DNA of 64,000 bases from Dicyema japonicum. Lineage: Eukaryota > Animalia > Dicyemida. The notes beneath the pieces are model-generated. The model saw only the letters and a program-made list of their open reading frames with translations. It was not told the DNA's origin and searched no databases. Below, piece by piece: positions 1 to 13,915 of the stretch. The position numbers and the translations under genes are program-made. The stretch's first letter is position 1, and every line of letters begins with the position of its first letter. The DNA is taken from contig RDEW01000035.1 in assembly GCA_011109175.1 (NCBI GenBank), positions 448,902 to 512,901 on the forward strand, in the 5' to 3' direction.

Positions 1-14
1 ATTGTATTAGTTAG

Positions 15-2137
15 GCTAATCCTACGAAAGATGTGATGTATCTGAAGGAATATTGTTCCGTTAACCTCTATCGTAAGCATAATATTCAGAATTTGTCCTT
101 AGACAATGTAAATGATGACATACTGGATGCTATTTTATCGGTTGTGAGTTTTGTAATTGAAGGATTATGTTGAGGACAAGAGGATTGAAGAGATGGGTGA
201 TAAATATTCTTGATTTTATTATGGGTCATTCAGAAAACTCAATCCTTGACACACTGTTGGTAGAAACCAGCTCACAGGTGGCTGTCGAGTCGTTGGAATT
301 GTTGTGGTTGTTATATGACCTTGTGCAAACTCATTGTTTTGGAGAAAATATGATTAAGGAATATAAAATGCTGTTTCATTCACAACACACAGTGAATAAG
401 ATTTACCACTCATTGCCTGTATTTTGGTGATTTATGTAGTCCTATGTGATTGTGGGGACAAGATCATACCCCAATGGATTTTTATTATGAGTGAAAACTT
501 TAAAATGGTTCTCCCTTATGATGTTCGGTTCATGTTGATGCAACTTTGTTTTATGGGAGTCACTCGCTCCATATTTAATTTTCAAACATCTCGGGGACAT
601 TTTACCCCCAGTCTCCACTGTCCCGTATCTACAAGGTCTCGTCTAGCTTCTGGGAATATGCAACTGAAGCAATTTGTTTTATCTGTAGATAGGAATGAAG
701 AGTATTTCCTTGATTGGGCATTTGAAGTTCTTTTACATTATGGAAGTAAAGAAGAGTCCCTTAATGTAGTTGTTATTTAACTGCTAGTTTGTATTTACGG
801 GTGAAAATGGCACTGGCATAGGTCCCACCAAAGAATTCTACCATCTTCTTTCCAAACATCTTCAACTTGTCTCGACTGCTATGTGGCTTTCCGATAACTA
901 TGATGGAAAATACGCTTACTCCCAAAATGGACTGTTTCCCGCTCCACTCCCCCAGGGATCACCCATTTGTAGGAGGACAAACCTTCTTTACTATCTAATG
1001 GGGCTGGCTATTGGGAGATGTCTGAAAGACGTGTTATTGCTTGATATACCTTTATCCATGCCACTTCTCAGAATTTTAAGTAACCCACATAAGCGCACCC
1101 CCATCGTATAATTTGTGATTATTTCAGGGAATCACTGATAGACCACATAATGAGTTTTTGATTGACTTTTTAAATGATATTGCTCCTGAGGGAAACAAGA
1201 TTTCAATCGAGGATTATTGGTAATTTACATTTTCTATGAAAGGTTTGCTAAAAATCTCCGGTGGTGTGACTTTATTCTTGTTAACGGCTATTATGGGAAG
1301 TTCCTCAACTCCCTCCGCGATATTATTTACCGTAAGAGACAATACAAAGAAGCATTTGGGGATGACATTAATTTTTCAGAGTATATTTTTCTTGAGGACG
1401 ATACTGGATTGTCCACACCCCTCGAAGATCTGACGTATCTCTTACTTTAATAGTAGTATGTACTTTGTCTATTATCTCAACCCAATATTCCACTCGGGGA
1501 TCAACCATGAACTTGTTGAAAATGGAAGTAATATTGTTGTCTTGTATCTCATTTTGATAGTTATTGACTTTTGACAATGTTGAGCTATTCACGTGGCACA
1601 TGACTAAGTTTTTGATGTTTGACGGAATCAAGTCCCAAATGAACTTTTTATTTGGTAATTGGTTGTATTATGTTAGATGGAATATCCATGGTCATTAATC
1701 ATAGGGGACTGTCGCTACTTGACGAGAATGAACTCAAATTGTCTCTGTGTGGAGATGAGTTATTCTCATGGACTAGGGAATATCTGACACAGCATTTGTC
1801 TGTTTCTCAAAATGTTTTTAAGGAGAGGTTTAGGTTTTTTGTATGTTAGTCCCCTCTTTGTCCAACTAGTCGATATTTTGGTTGGTTTCTCCACTCAAGA
1901 AAAGAGACGTTTCTTAAAATTTGTAACTGGCTCTTCTTCTCTCCACATGGTGGACTTGCTGGTCTCTCTCCCCCACTGACTATCAATGAAGCGATGAGTG
2001 ATGGAGTCTCATCCAAAATATACCCATCGTCTAATACTTGTATTCACTTGATAAAAATCCCCAACTGTAAATCATCTGATGAACTTCGGGATCTGCTATT
2101 AGTCTCTATGGACCAAGAGCTATTCTTTTTTACATAA
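15..2137 (+). CDS. HECTD1: HECT E3 ubiquitin ligase, HECTD1-like; 5'-partial, spliced
   Basis: Spliced reading gives DWAFEVLLHY..LNFVFTGENGTGIGPTKEFY, FLKFVTGSSSL(P)HGG and YPSSNTCIHLIKIP (catalytic Cys). Resolved introns are 20-23 nt GT-AG, e.g. 766-787. One -1 indel near 1943. Confidence 0.8.
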
Positions 2138-2307
2138 TGGTCACTGAATTTATTCTATAAATTGACATTTTTATTCATGACCTATTTACATTGATTACCT
2201 TTTTTTTTGTTTTTAACATTTGAAATATTGATTTCATAGGTTATAGCTCCTAGCCTATACAATTTAGTGAGGCCGGGGTTATTTAACTAAAGTAATAGGG
2301 ATTTAAT

Positions 2308-2700
2308 TGAGATACGAGCTATTCAGCATTCTCTTACACCTAGTTGCAAGGTGATCGACGGTCTCTTTACTTAGTTACAATATCCGCACTTAGTTTCTCC
2401 GTTATCAAAAAATATGTTACGATCCTTAAGTAGACACAGCCTTCCCTCGGTTATAGGGGAGTGATTTCCATGCACCAGCATTCAGAGGATTCAGCAATAT
2501 TCACTTTTGTGTCTTTCAAACACTGAAATAAAATAAAGTGAGCGGTTTCTTCTCAATTTTCCCAGTAGATATTCGTGTTGTATTTCCATCAATTTCGACA
2601 AGTCTTTCATATATTTAGTGTTGTACTTTCGGGAAATGAATTCTACGATAATAGATCGCCCAGATCCTTGTATTGGCTGGGGATTTAACAAGAAAGGATA
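2308..2700 (-). mobile_element. R4/Dong-like RLE non-LTR retrotransposon fragment (zinc knuckle region)
   Basis: Minus strand reads KDRNIFFDNGETKCGYC..ETVDHLATRCKRMLNSSYL across a frameshift. 2308-2650 matches 11923-12265 with 5 differences in 343 bp. Confidence 0.75.
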
Positions 2701-3929
2701 CTAAATGAACATTGCCAAGATAGAACAAGTCTTTGTAAAGACAAAGATCTCCATGTCGGGAATCAAACGAAATCATAAAACAAAAAAAACTCAAATGTTA
2801 TACAGTCAAGAGGATAACGTAAATTAAGAGATTACGATGAAAACAAAACAGTTAGAATGTCCTTAAACTCTTTTTTTGTTAACATCCTTCCTCAGACCAG
2901 AGATTGCTTTTTGTGGGTGAAATTATGGAAACTCTCACTATGGATGACCTCACCAACCTAAAGAGATGGAAAACCACCATCACTTGAATCTCTTCAGAGA
3001 CAACTTGAACAAAATTCCCAACTGTAAAAATCTTCACTCGGCCAGCAATTGCTGGTAATGCCGCAAATTTCCTCTGGCTCTGGGGTCATGATGGAATGAC
3101 AGAATATTCCATATTATTGTATAGAATTGACGATTCGGTTATCCTTGAAAGTCATAGTCAAACTGTTCATATAAGATTTATTCTATAAGATGATTTTGAT
3201 AAAAAAGCCCTTTCCTCTCCTTTCCACCAGATTATCATACAAATCTCGTTCGATTTCCCAAAGCTTTATTGAGTTATAACATAATTTCTGTACACAAAAG
3301 TCACTTTGACGTCAGCTTATAATTATGAAAGTTAAACATTTGTACAAAAGAAAATATTTAAGAATTATTGATTATTCTGTAAGCACTTATGAATGGAGTT
3401 GGCACATCGTTACTAAATTCGGGCTTGAGTAAAATTATCCTTTATGGTCACACTAGTTCGTCCAAATTTTTGTTTGGGCTAGTTCCGTAAAGACAAGCGA
3501 CTGAAACTCCATAACTGTTGAGATCCTCGGTCAATTGTGTTCTTAGCAGTGAAGAATAAATTCCTCTAACGTTAAATGTACAATTTCTCCTGGGTGAGTA
3601 TTAGACATAAGTCAATGGAGGGACGTCACAACCTCCACGATCAAACTTTATTTTCTTTATTTATATTTTAGTTTATTTTTTTGTCAACCCCCTAAGGATT
3701 TGAGATAAATAACTTGCATGTCCAATTTATATAAATAAGGATAGGAGGAAAAAAGCTTTTCAGTCTTTCCTATTTACACAAAAGTTACACGTTAGCCTTG
3801 TTAATCTTAAAGGAATTTATTCTTCTTAGCCTACTTTATGGGCAAGCTGTTAGAACCGATTAGCAGGGTTGTGAAGGATCAGATCAACAGTTCAGGAGGA
3901 GATCAAAGATCAAGGACACATATATAAAA

Positions 3930-5740
3930 CTGGGAGGAACGTTTTGAAAAAATTAAAAAAGAGGAAGGGTCCAGGTGTGGAGTCCAAATCTTATAGGTAG
4001 GATTCAGATGTAATACCCTCCAGAAACTCCTTAACTCTTGTTAATTTGTTATTGTTGTGAACAGAAAATTGACAGAATATATTGAAGCATCTGATTTCTG
4101 ACAACCAGTTGGGAAGCCGAAGAATGTACGAATGCAAAAGAATACTCAACCATTGCATTGATAAGCAAAATTTAAATAATTTGATCTCCACGTGGATTGA
4201 CGTGAAAAAGGCGTTTGATCGATCATGACTTTCTGTATCGATTTCTCGAAACTCCTGGACTACCTACATGGATTGTGATCTTTGTAAAGAACTTGGCCAC
4301 CAAGTGGAAATTAGATTGAATTTCACAAGAAACAAATTGGAGAATTCAGAATGAAAAGGGGAATTCTGCAGGATTACTCTGTCACCGCAGATATTTATAA
4401 TGGACCCACTGAGTAGGGTTTTAAATTCGTAATATCAAAAGTGGTTATGGATAACCCAGACAAAGTTCTATTTCATACATAACAAATCACTTTTTATGGA
4501 CGACTTAAAAATATTTTCACAAAAGGAAAAAACTATGATAAAAATGAACGAAATGAATACTTTCTTTTAAGCTGCTGTTGAAGGAAGAACTACTAAAGTC
4601 AATTTTTGACGGAGTTAAATAGAGGATCGACAATCTGGGGAAGTCAAAATTAAACTCGTTGAACCTGTTTACGACTATAAACGAATATTCCCCATCGTTG
4701 TATACCTACTACATCTGACTAATAGACATGGAACCTACTGAATATGAAATGATTGACAAAATATACGGAGAATCCTTGTGCACCATCGGATTCACCTGAA
4801 CCCAACGAATAAGGAAATACTTTATATGCCGAGAAACCCACGTGGGAGGGGATTGGAATTACATATAAAAGTGTACGGATGCTACTCCAATTTATGCGAG
4901 ACCTTAAAAAAGAAGTCAAGTTACTGTTTGAGAAGTCAGGATTCATCGAATCAAAGAAAACACATATGGCCACTATCTTAGAATTTTTATGCCGAAAATA
5001 TAAAATTCAAGGGCCTGACATTATCAGTCTCGTCCTATTAAAGGAACAGTTAAAGAACTGACTAATTGAAGAAATTGAAAAACAACAGTAACACGGAGTT
5101 CTATTCCACTGTCTGAGTGAAATAAATGACATATCGCCGAATCTTGATCTGAAAGGATGATGTGTCTATCACAAACCGAAACTTATTCTTTGATAATCCT
5201 GGGGCTAGTTGCACCCACTGCAACTTTGCCAAGAAAACTGTTGACCATTTAGCATCGATTGCTGAATAGTGACTATCTTTGACGTCAAAAGATGTCAGAT
5301 GCTTAAATTTGCATCTATGCAGACAATACGGAATAAAAAATCCAAGAAACTGAAAACACATCCTGTGCAATCAGTGGTTATGAATGAATCGGTAGAGATT
5401 CGAGTGGATACAACAATTAGCACAGACACGAAAGTACAAAACAACGAACCAGATATTTCTGTACTGGACAAACGAGGAATTTAATTACGCTTATCGAAGT
5501 GGTCACCTCTCACAGGCGTTGAAACAAGTCGAGGTTAAAAAGTTACACTAATATGATTTGGTAGTGATTGGCATCCACAATACTAAAGTAAATATTGTAC
5601 CACTCGTACTAACATGGGATGGTATCGTGAGAAATTCTACAAACATCATCACAATTCCCTGAAGATGGAGGAGCCAACTCGAGCATATATTCAATCAACC
5701 GTCATCAAGAAAACCTTGGACCACAAATATAGAATGATTT
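3930..5740 (+). mobile_element. Degraded R4/Dong-like RLE LINE (RT plus restriction-like endonuclease)
   Basis: Frameshifted motifs: WIDVKKAFD, GILQ, LFMDDLK, YMPRNPRGRGL, EIRVDTTISTDTKVQNNEPDI, AYIQSTVIKKTL. Confidence 0.85.
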
Positions 5741-5758
5741 TCTTGGACGATTCCCAAC

Positions 5759-6010
5759 TCACAGCCTAAGAGGAACGAATGAATTGGTTTCATTGTTTTT
5801 TCTGCGACATGCAATATGCCTACCACGCTTCCGACAATGTGTGTCGATGCACGTGGCATCCCATTTTAATAGCTTTCCCTCATCGAATGTAAAAATTTTA
5901 ATTCCGTCCGCCCTATCCGTATCCAGGAAACTCCATGACTTGCTCAACAATTTCGTTGATCGCCTTATATCTTGTTAATCGTCTAGCGCTTCTTCGAAAG
6001 AAAGGGAATG
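5759..6010 (-). mobile_element. CRE-like RLE retrotransposon C-terminal fragment
   Basis: Reads RADG..GKLLKWDATCIDT. Confidence 0.65.
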
Positions 6011-7122
6011 TCAATTACATTTGACGGTACCACCACACTGGCACTTGTGAGTCTGAAAAATCTTCAGTTTATAATTAATAAGTGAAAGATTAAAAAATAA
6101 ATTAGTGACTATACAATCATTTTATAAACTCCCAAACAATACCAAACATATGGAAGAACTCATTGATTACTTTAATCCTCAAGCATGGAAAAGACATTCC
6201 ACTCACTTACCTGTCTCCATAACTTGCGCCTTGTCAAAGTGTTGAATAAGCTTGTACTAATGTTTAATCTCCCCTGTTCTACAATTTCCTGATTTTCAAT
6301 ATGGCTTCAGATCAGGCCGTTCTACAACGACACAATTGAGATCTGTCTTCCAGTTTATCACAGACAGCTTCTACGTGAAGACGCATTTATGGACGGCTCT
6401 GGTGTCTATAGATATACAGAAAGCCTTCGACTCGGTTTCGAGGACTCTCCTAACAAAGAAGGTCTTTAATTCAAATTTACATCCGAGCATTATGCTATGG
6501 CTGGAAAATTTCTTAAATGGCAGACGTGGAAGAGTCAGGATTGGAAAAATTACTTTAAAATCAAGACTACTCCCTAATGGGGTCCCACAAGGCTCCCCTC
6601 TGTCTCCTCTCTTATTTAAATTATTTCTAACGATTTACCTACTATCAAAGATCAGGACACTATGTTTTTATCTTCAAGGACGACCTGATTATCGCTGCAA
6701 GGGATAAATCTCCCTCCAAGGATGTGGTGGCGGTTCAGTAACAACTCAACCAGTTTGTATGATTGACTATCCATGAATTTGTTGTCTGTGTCTGCATCCA
6801 AGTCTCAGTTCACCCTATTTACTACGGACAGAATATTTAAAGCTGGACTTGAGATATTCCTCGGAAACATTTCCATTCCTTATTGCGAATCCAGAAGATC
6901 TTTGGAGTGACATTCGACTCTCTTATGAAGTTCTCCAGTCACACGGAGGAAGTGCTAACCAAGGGTCTTCGAAAATGGAACATCTTAAAAGCCATCAAAA
7001 AGAAGAGCCCTTCCCTCCACTGCTTGTATCAGCAAAGTATATCTGCAAGTCATTGTGCCGACGATTGAATATGCCTGTTCTGCCTGGAGATTTGCTATTG
7101 TTTCTACTAGGGTCGAGCGTAT

Positions 7123-8811
7123 GGGTTGTAGGAAAAAAAGTCAAGTGGAAAAAAGGTCAAACGGAAAAAAGTCAAGTTGTCTTTTTTTAGTTTATATCGC
7201 ATTTTTGTGATACTACTAGCATCTTTTAATTTTTAAAAATTTTTTCAATACTTGACTTTTTTTCCATTTTTGAAAATTTTTCCCTTATAAATTTTCGAAA
7301 TTTAGCGCAAAACGGAAAAAAAGTCAAATCCGTTAACGAAATTACGGACTTGACTTTTTTTCCGTTTATAAATTAAGATTTTTATTCATGATCGTTTCAT
7401 TTTAAAGTAAGCGAGTTTAGAATAACAAAATATTTAAATAGTTAATTTTGGCTAATGTTAATGAATTAAAATGTCCCGCCACAACTAAAACTACACGTGG
7501 TGGAAATAAATTCTAAAAATAAAACAGATTTTTTCTACTTTTAAAATTTTTTAAAATGTTATAAACATATGATTTTTATTTAACGTGAATCAAGGGATTA
7601 TTTAATGTGAATCAAAAGAATATTTAATATTCCATGCAATTGCTTTTAGGGCTTCTCCTACTGTTTTTTTCCGTCCTGGCGATCCAGACATATATTTAAA
7701 AGCCTTTTTTGTCTATCAATCGTTTTTTTATTTGTTCTTGTTGAAATTCTTTTTCCAAAGGAATCCTGGTCAATAATAGTTTTCGTCATTTTTTCTTCTT
7801 TTTGGAATGACGATATAATATTCCATATCGATGGATGACGATATCCCGTCAAATTGTATAATTTATTGTTCCACCCTTCACAATAGTTATTTGTTCTTTG
7901 TTTATTATTGAGTGTAGCTTCATACACATTCCATAAATTTGGAGGAAACAATGGAGCAATGTGCTGTATTCTAACAGCTAAGGGGTTTTCTTGATCATTT
8001 AAGCAACGATAATAACCGCGAACATATGTTCTATCAAAATAATCTAATATATATTTTGAATCTGGAACATTTTCTGGCATATTATTCATTAGGAATTCTA
8101 TTCTTTCTTCCATATCTTCAATGGGTAAAAACGCAAGAGCGTCTATCATTGCGCAAAAAATGTTAAAATTAATATTTTCTTTATATTGTTTTACTAGATG
8201 CAATTCTTGAATTTTTCTCCAGGTTGACTGTCTTAAATGATAATAACATCCTCTAATATGTATTCGTCTCCCAAATACTGCAAGGACAGCTCGAAATACC
8301 GAATCTTCAAAGTTTGCCATAATTGTTTCAAGACAAAATTCCAAATTCAAATTATGAATTGCATTTTAAATAGCCTCAAAAAATTCTTAGTAAATCTTTC
8401 GTGATTTAGAAGGTAATATTCCATAAATAACTGTAATTGCACTGGCATTGAACTGAATCCTGATAAAATAGATTTGCTTGAAGATACATGGTGCCATGGA
8501 GAAATTTCCAGACATATATTTAAAAGAACGTATCTCGTTGGCTATTGTTAGGGGAAATAGCATGGCCATTCAGATGCCTTAATTTAATTTTTATTCATTT
8601 GATACTAAAAAAAAATTTATTATTACCTTGAAATTATTAAATTGATTTAGTCAAATCGATTATACCAAAGCGGAAAAAAAGTCAAGTCCGTGATTTCGTT
8701 AGCGGACTTTTCAAGTATTGAAAAAATTTTTAAAAATTAAAAGATGCTAGTAGTATCACAAAAATGCGATATAAACTAAAAAAAGACGACTTGACTTTTT
8801 TTTCCGCACTC
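7123..8811 (-). mobile_element. MULE (Mutator-like) DNA transposon, probably non-autonomous
   Basis: 9-bp TSD CGAGCGTAT at 7114-7122 and 8812-8820. TIRs longer than 100 bp with repeated GGAAAAAAGTCAA motifs. Confidence 0.92.
7658..8569 (-). pseudogene. MULE transposase remnant
   Basis: IRGCYYHLRQSTWRKI and RTNNYCEGWNNKL are present. The first catalytic motif reads SGNFSMAP instead of DGTF, and the ORF is broken. Confidence 0.85.
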
Positions 8812-9434
8812 CGAGCGTATGAACACTCTCACGGAAGATCATGAGGCATATGCAATCAGATTCCACATCCATCCCCAGTCTCCTTTTAAAGGAGGCGACG
8901 GTGAGAAATGGCCAGGGCTTCCTACGTATGTGCAATGAGCTAGAGACCAATTCAGAGATATTGTGGTTCATGTGGAGGAATTCAAATCGGTATTAAAAAT
9001 CTGCACTACAATAGAATTCCTCTGCAGAAATAAAAGAAGACACTTCAGAAATGCTGTTAGTTCACAGGCAGAGAATTCGAAGAGAATTCGAAAAATGTTG
9101 GAGGCTGGGATCACTTAATTTAGCAAGTTAATTCTTTCTTTCTCAGTGGTCTTGGGGTTTTTAAATAAAAATAATAAATAAAATTAATAAGGAAATATTA
9201 ATATTCATAAACAACGTGTTGTTGCGAATATGCCATTAATGCCGCTCGTTCCTTTGTGAACTATTGTAGAGGATAACCCTGGGATTGTTGTGAAGCTGTA
9301 CGTTTCCAACCCCTTCAATTCGGTGAGAAGGGACAATTTTGAGGAGAGTCCCAAGAATTATCCACATTACGAACATCGCATACGGTACTACAACCCATCT
9401 TGTTATTAGTGATGTCATTAGACACTAAAATTTC

Positions 9435-9785
9435 CACGTGGCGCCATGTGGTGTTTCGTGGCTAATTGATTAAAGTTGTCTGTTTTGTTCTCTGTTCCTA
9501 ATTCACTTAATTAGCATGCTTCATGTGGTTCACCTTGTCTGGTGGCGTCAGATACAAGTCAAAATGTATCCAAAAAGAACCATTTGTCAACGACCATCCA
9601 GAGAGTTCCCCCTGGACGGCTCTTCCTACACTTTTCCGGTGAAGACTCGTCATGTCAGAAGAATGCGGAGGAACGCAGTCGGAACACTGAGAAAAGTGCG
9701 GAGACTGTTGAGAGAGGCTGGGATCACCTGAAATTTGGTTATTTTGGAAAAATAGGTGGTTTTGGTTCAATAAATTAAATAAAAA
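9435..9785 (+). mobile_element. SINE-like element, copy A
   Basis: Head CACGTGGCGCCATGTGGTGTTTCGTGGCTAATTG; LINE-like 3' end (..REAGIT*) with stem-loop and AATAAA tail. Confidence 0.75.
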
Positions 9786-9901
9786 GTTAAATTGAATTTT
9801 CGACTGGGATCCAACAAGGTGATCCTCTTGGTCCGCTTCTTTTTTGCTTTGACAATGGATGAGGTTTCCCTTTCATGTGTGACGGATTTCAATCGTTGGT
9901 A

Positions 9902-11243
9902 GAGTGAAGTCCCTCTAATTAGCCAACCCTTAGATTGGCCAATTCTCAAATGGCTAAAAGTTGTTCAAAAAAGCCAATTTCCTAAGAAATTGGCCACATA
10001 TTATTAAAAACATAAAATTTATTCTTACTAATCTTTTTCAATTATTTTATTAAAAAATTAAAATTTCAAACTAAAACTTTTACAATGTGTTCGAAAGCTT
10101 CAAGGCTTAAATGTTACCAAAAACTCGAAATTTTGAGATATAAAAATGAGAATAATACAACATCGTGCCAAACAATCGCTCACGGTTTTTCTGATTAGTA
10201 TCAAACTAAGGTTGTTGAATGGATGGATTCGTTGGAATCTGAGGGTATTTTTAAGTTGTTTTATGTGTTTTTTTTAATGATGCACTAATATCAAATAAAG
10301 CACAAAATATTGTCGAAAAGTTATCAATTAGTGATTTCAAGAATTCAAAAGGATTTTTTTAAGCACTACCGCGTTGCCATAAGCACGTAAAATACATAAG
10401 GTTTCGCTCGTGCAGAACACACACTTTTTTTAAGAAAGAACAGTTATTATAACTAATCGTAGAGGGAGAACAAAAGAATACTCTTCACTAACAGCAGCAG
10501 ACCTATGACCTAAGCCATTTTGCCCGACACATAACCACTATGGCTCAAAAGGATTTCTCACAAGATTCAAAAAAGACATGGTTTTAAATTACATGGGGAA
10601 ATGATAACTGACAAACAACCTGACCTTGAAGGATTTGTAGATCACTTTGAGAAAATTTCCAAAGATTATAAAAAAGACGAAATTTACAATTTGGTCGAGA
10701 CAGAGATTTATTATAAACTGATTCCGTCTAAGAGCATATGCAAAACACGATTTGGCGGATATAAAAATTATTTATTAGCCACGTGGCGCTATGTGGTGCT
10801 TCGTGGCTAATTGGTTGAAGTTTCAGTTTTGTTCGTTTGTTCCTCCTATTTCTTCCTATCAGAGTGGCGTCATGTGATCCACCTGTCTAGGTACCGCCCA
10901 GTGCCAGGCTGGCATGAAAAAGGATCATTTGCTTTTTCACTCCACTGGAGGGGTTTCCACAACTGCAACTATGGACGTCTTTTTCCTTTTATGCTGATTC
11001 CGGATGGACTCTGTAGAAGTGGAAACTGGATACACTTAATTAGTTGTTTACTTTAACTTCTTTCTCGGTGTATCCGGGGTTAATAAATAATAATAATAAG
11101 ATCGGGTTTCTATTATATTATGTACAATATGACTGGAGCCCATAAATTAAAGCACGTTATGATTTTAAAATCTAAAGTACTAAGATGTTACAAATTCCAA
11201 AATTACCCAAATTGGCCACAAATAGTTGAGGGACAATTTTGGG
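9902..11243 (+). mobile_element. pogo/Tigger-like transposon remnant
   Basis: Flanked by TA with degenerate GTCCCTC TIR cores. Peptides IYNLVETEIYYKLIP and DRVSIILCTNMTGAHKLK match the DDE_1 family. Confidence 0.65.
10780..11099 (+). mobile_element. SINE-like element, copy B1
   Basis: Same head as copy A; close match to 41501-41805; terminal stem CTGGATACAC/GTGTATCCGG; (TAA)n tail. Confidence 0.8.
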
Positions 11244-11739
11244 TAATTTAAGAGACCTTACGGATGCTACAATCGTGGATCTTCTGAGACGATTATGAAA
11301 AATCTAGGAATACTCCTTCACACTATTAGCAGTTATGGACTCGAGATTAATGCGAGTGAATCCGAAATTTGTAATCTGGGACTCTAACAAGATGATTTCT
11401 TTAAATTATGATACAGTTTCATGTCTTTTCTTTCCGATGCTGTTATTACCGATGTGGAACACCTTACTGTATTAGGCTCTCACATTTCCAAGGAGATTAT
11501 CCCTCATATTCTTAATAAAAAACTTTCGGAGGTTAATTGAGCCACCGTTAATCTGCATGAACTTGATCCACATGTTTCGTTTTTTTCTATGAAGAATTAT
11601 CTTTTCCTTCCAAGGCTTATGCTTTTGGAACGTTCCTCTCCTTGCTACCTCTTTCCGGAAAGCCTGGAGAATTTGAACATTCTTATCTCCATGACTATTG
11701 AAAAAATTTTTTAAACAAAACAATTTATTATAGCCAAAA

Positions 11740-12265
11740 AGTAGCAGTTAACAACTGGCTGCTCTCATAATTGAAACGTATTAGTTTGTAATATGATTCC
11801 CTCTTCAGTTTATAGACGCGCGCCTTCATGTCCAGGTGATTCGAGAACTTTTTTGCTTTAAATATTATTTTAATTTAAATGCACGAGTTTGCCGTTTTGG
11901 TGGAGAAACTTCGTGTGCCGCCTGAGATACGAGCTATTCAGCATTCTCTTACACCTAGTTGCAAGGTGATCGACGGTCTCTTTACTTAGTTACAATATCC
12001 GCACTTAGTTTCTCCGTTATCAAAAAATATGTTACGATTCTTAAGTAGACACAGCCTTCCCTCGGTTATAGGGGAGTGATTTCCATGCACTAGCATTCAG
12101 AGGATTCAGCAATATTCACTTCTGTGTCTTTCAAACACTGAAATAAAGTAAAGTGAGCGGTTTCTTCTCAATTTTCCCAGTAGATATTCGTGTTATATTT
12201 CCATCAATTTCGACAAGTCTTTCATATATTTAGTGTTGTACTTTCGGGAAATGAATTCTACGATA
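11740..12265 (-). mobile_element. R4-like LINE fragment
   Basis: Shares 343 bp with 2308-2650 and continues into an RRH..HL motif on the minus strand. Confidence 0.75.
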
Positions 12266-12279
12266 GTGGCCATGTGTGT

Positions 12280-12430
12280 TTATTTGAATTAATAATAACA
12301 CAAGAGACCACGGTTACACAAACTAACTAATCACGTGATCCTAGCACGCTCTAGCAGGGACCTCATCTTGGCCGATGCTCTTCCCTCGACCCCACTAAGC
12401 ACGTATCAATCGAATGACTGGGTCTTCGCA
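12280..12430 (-). mobile_element. LINE 3' end fragment
   Basis: Homologous to 56000-56130; GGATCACG-TGA followed by a CGTGGTC arm. Confidence 0.7.
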
Positions 12431-13499
12431 TTTGTATCTTTTTTTACTTTAAATATTTTTGACGTGTTTTCCATTTATTTTGCAGCTATTCTAATTTAGT
12501 TGAAAAATGTGTAACTCAAATAAGGTCAGGACATCATCATGAGGTATCAAGATGTCGTTTTCGCGCTGTGGGATAAAAAGATCGGCTGCGAATAGGTTGA
12601 AAATAAAGCTGATATGTGTGATCCTCAGGGACGCCATTTTGTAAAAATTCATGATGCCGATTTTAAATCTCCAACGAGAACAAATACTAACCACAAGTTT
12701 AAGGTTTTCATGGATTTCTGATAAAATAACTGAGGACAGTCTTCAATTTATCAGCAAATAATTTCGTTAGTATTACTTTGATAAAACAGTTTCATATTGA
12801 TACAAGAAAATATATTAAAAAGTCTCATTCGGAGCTATTCTCTTTCTTCGATACAAATTAGTAAAGGGAAGAAATTGGTCTTTAAAAAAACAGTCAAAAA
12901 ATCCTCGAGCCATAAACATGGATAATGTTAGATTTGTCAGTTATTCCAATGAATTTTTCTTTTATGGTATTGCAATTGTCCAATTCCATTCCTTATAACA
13001 AGGTTATATTGGATTTTTAGTAAACTTTGTGATTATTCCCTTACTAATTCAAATAATCAAAAAAATTCAACAATAAGCCAAATTTACCCCATTTCCTTTA
13101 AAGACGAATAAAATACCATTTCCGATAAATTTGAAAGTCAAATCATTACGGAAAAGTTGTAATCTAAAAGACGAAATTTCGATTGGAGTTGTTTTGTAAA
13201 ATTAGCTGTTTCCTTGGAACTATAATCCAATCACCATATTTAGTTTTAGGAATCGATGTGTTTTTAGTGTAACGTTCACAATTTTAAATATAGTAATAAT
13301 CATAAAAATCAATTCTATTTTAATTTCTACAGTATAAGATTCATCAATAAATTTTGGAAAATATTTAAAGTTTAATGTATAATTGGGATAACATAACAAA
13401 GTATCCCCTTTCGCTTCATATAAATCCTTATTCAACAAAATTGTTAATATAAAGTTAATTAATATATAACTTAAATTTTATAAAATTTCAGAAATAAAA

Positions 13500-13890
13500 T
13501 TTTATGATTCCCCGATTCCCATTAAGAAGACCCTTTCAATCCTTGGAGTCATCCTGGATCTTCTATAATTCACTCATCAAGTGAACCTAGTAATCCCGAG
13601 GATCCGAAAGAAATTTGGAATTTTCAGGGTATTTACGAACTCCCCAGTATCTTCCCGACCATCGTTAAAGCTTTTCTTAAGATGGCAAAGTTCCCTAATC
13701 ATCCCCTCGGGCCGGACATCAAAACTATATATGGACGCCTGTACGAGATATGAGAACAAACCTTCCCCTTTGTAGAGATTAATCCAGGACTCCAAAACTA
13801 ACCACAGGAGAAAGCCAGATATGGACACCGGGATCACCTAACTTAAAGATCACTTTTTGTCCTCGTGATTCCAGGGTTAATAAATTAAAT
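13500..13890 (+). mobile_element. LINE 3' end fragment
   Basis: LSILGVILD RT-thumb motif; ends ..DTGIT* with a stem-loop and AATAAA. Confidence 0.75.
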
Positions 13891-13915
13891 TTAGCCTAAG
13901 CAGCAAATGTCTCTA

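Larger units (their letters stand above)
6200..9190 (+). mobile_element. I/Jockey-like LINE, 3' half, interrupted by a MULE at 7123-8811
   Basis: RT motifs IDIQKAFDSV, GVPQGSPLSPLLF and IFGVTFD. Sequence resumes after the TSD at 8821 and ends ..EAGIT*, a stem-loop and an AAT-rich tail. Confidence 0.85.
9795..11720 (+). mobile_element. CRE-like RT fragment split by a pogo insertion
   Basis: GIQQGDPLGPLLF before 9901. The YLDD-type region resumes after 11245. Confidence 0.65.

Noticed and set aside
1-2137. Alternative genetic code or stop readthrough to explain fragmented ORFs
   Set aside because: The in-frame stops fall inside 20-28 nt GT-AG introns, and the standard code gives continuous proteins.
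9435-9480. tRNA gene or clearly tRNA-derived SINE head
   Set aside because: TGGCTAATTGG is only A-box-like. There is no cloverleaf and no canonical B box at normal spacing.
2308-12265. 343-bp near-identical pair (2308-2650 and 11923-12265) as a new discrete element
   Set aside because: Each copy continues into R4-like coding sequence on a different side. The shared part is the overlap of two truncated copies.
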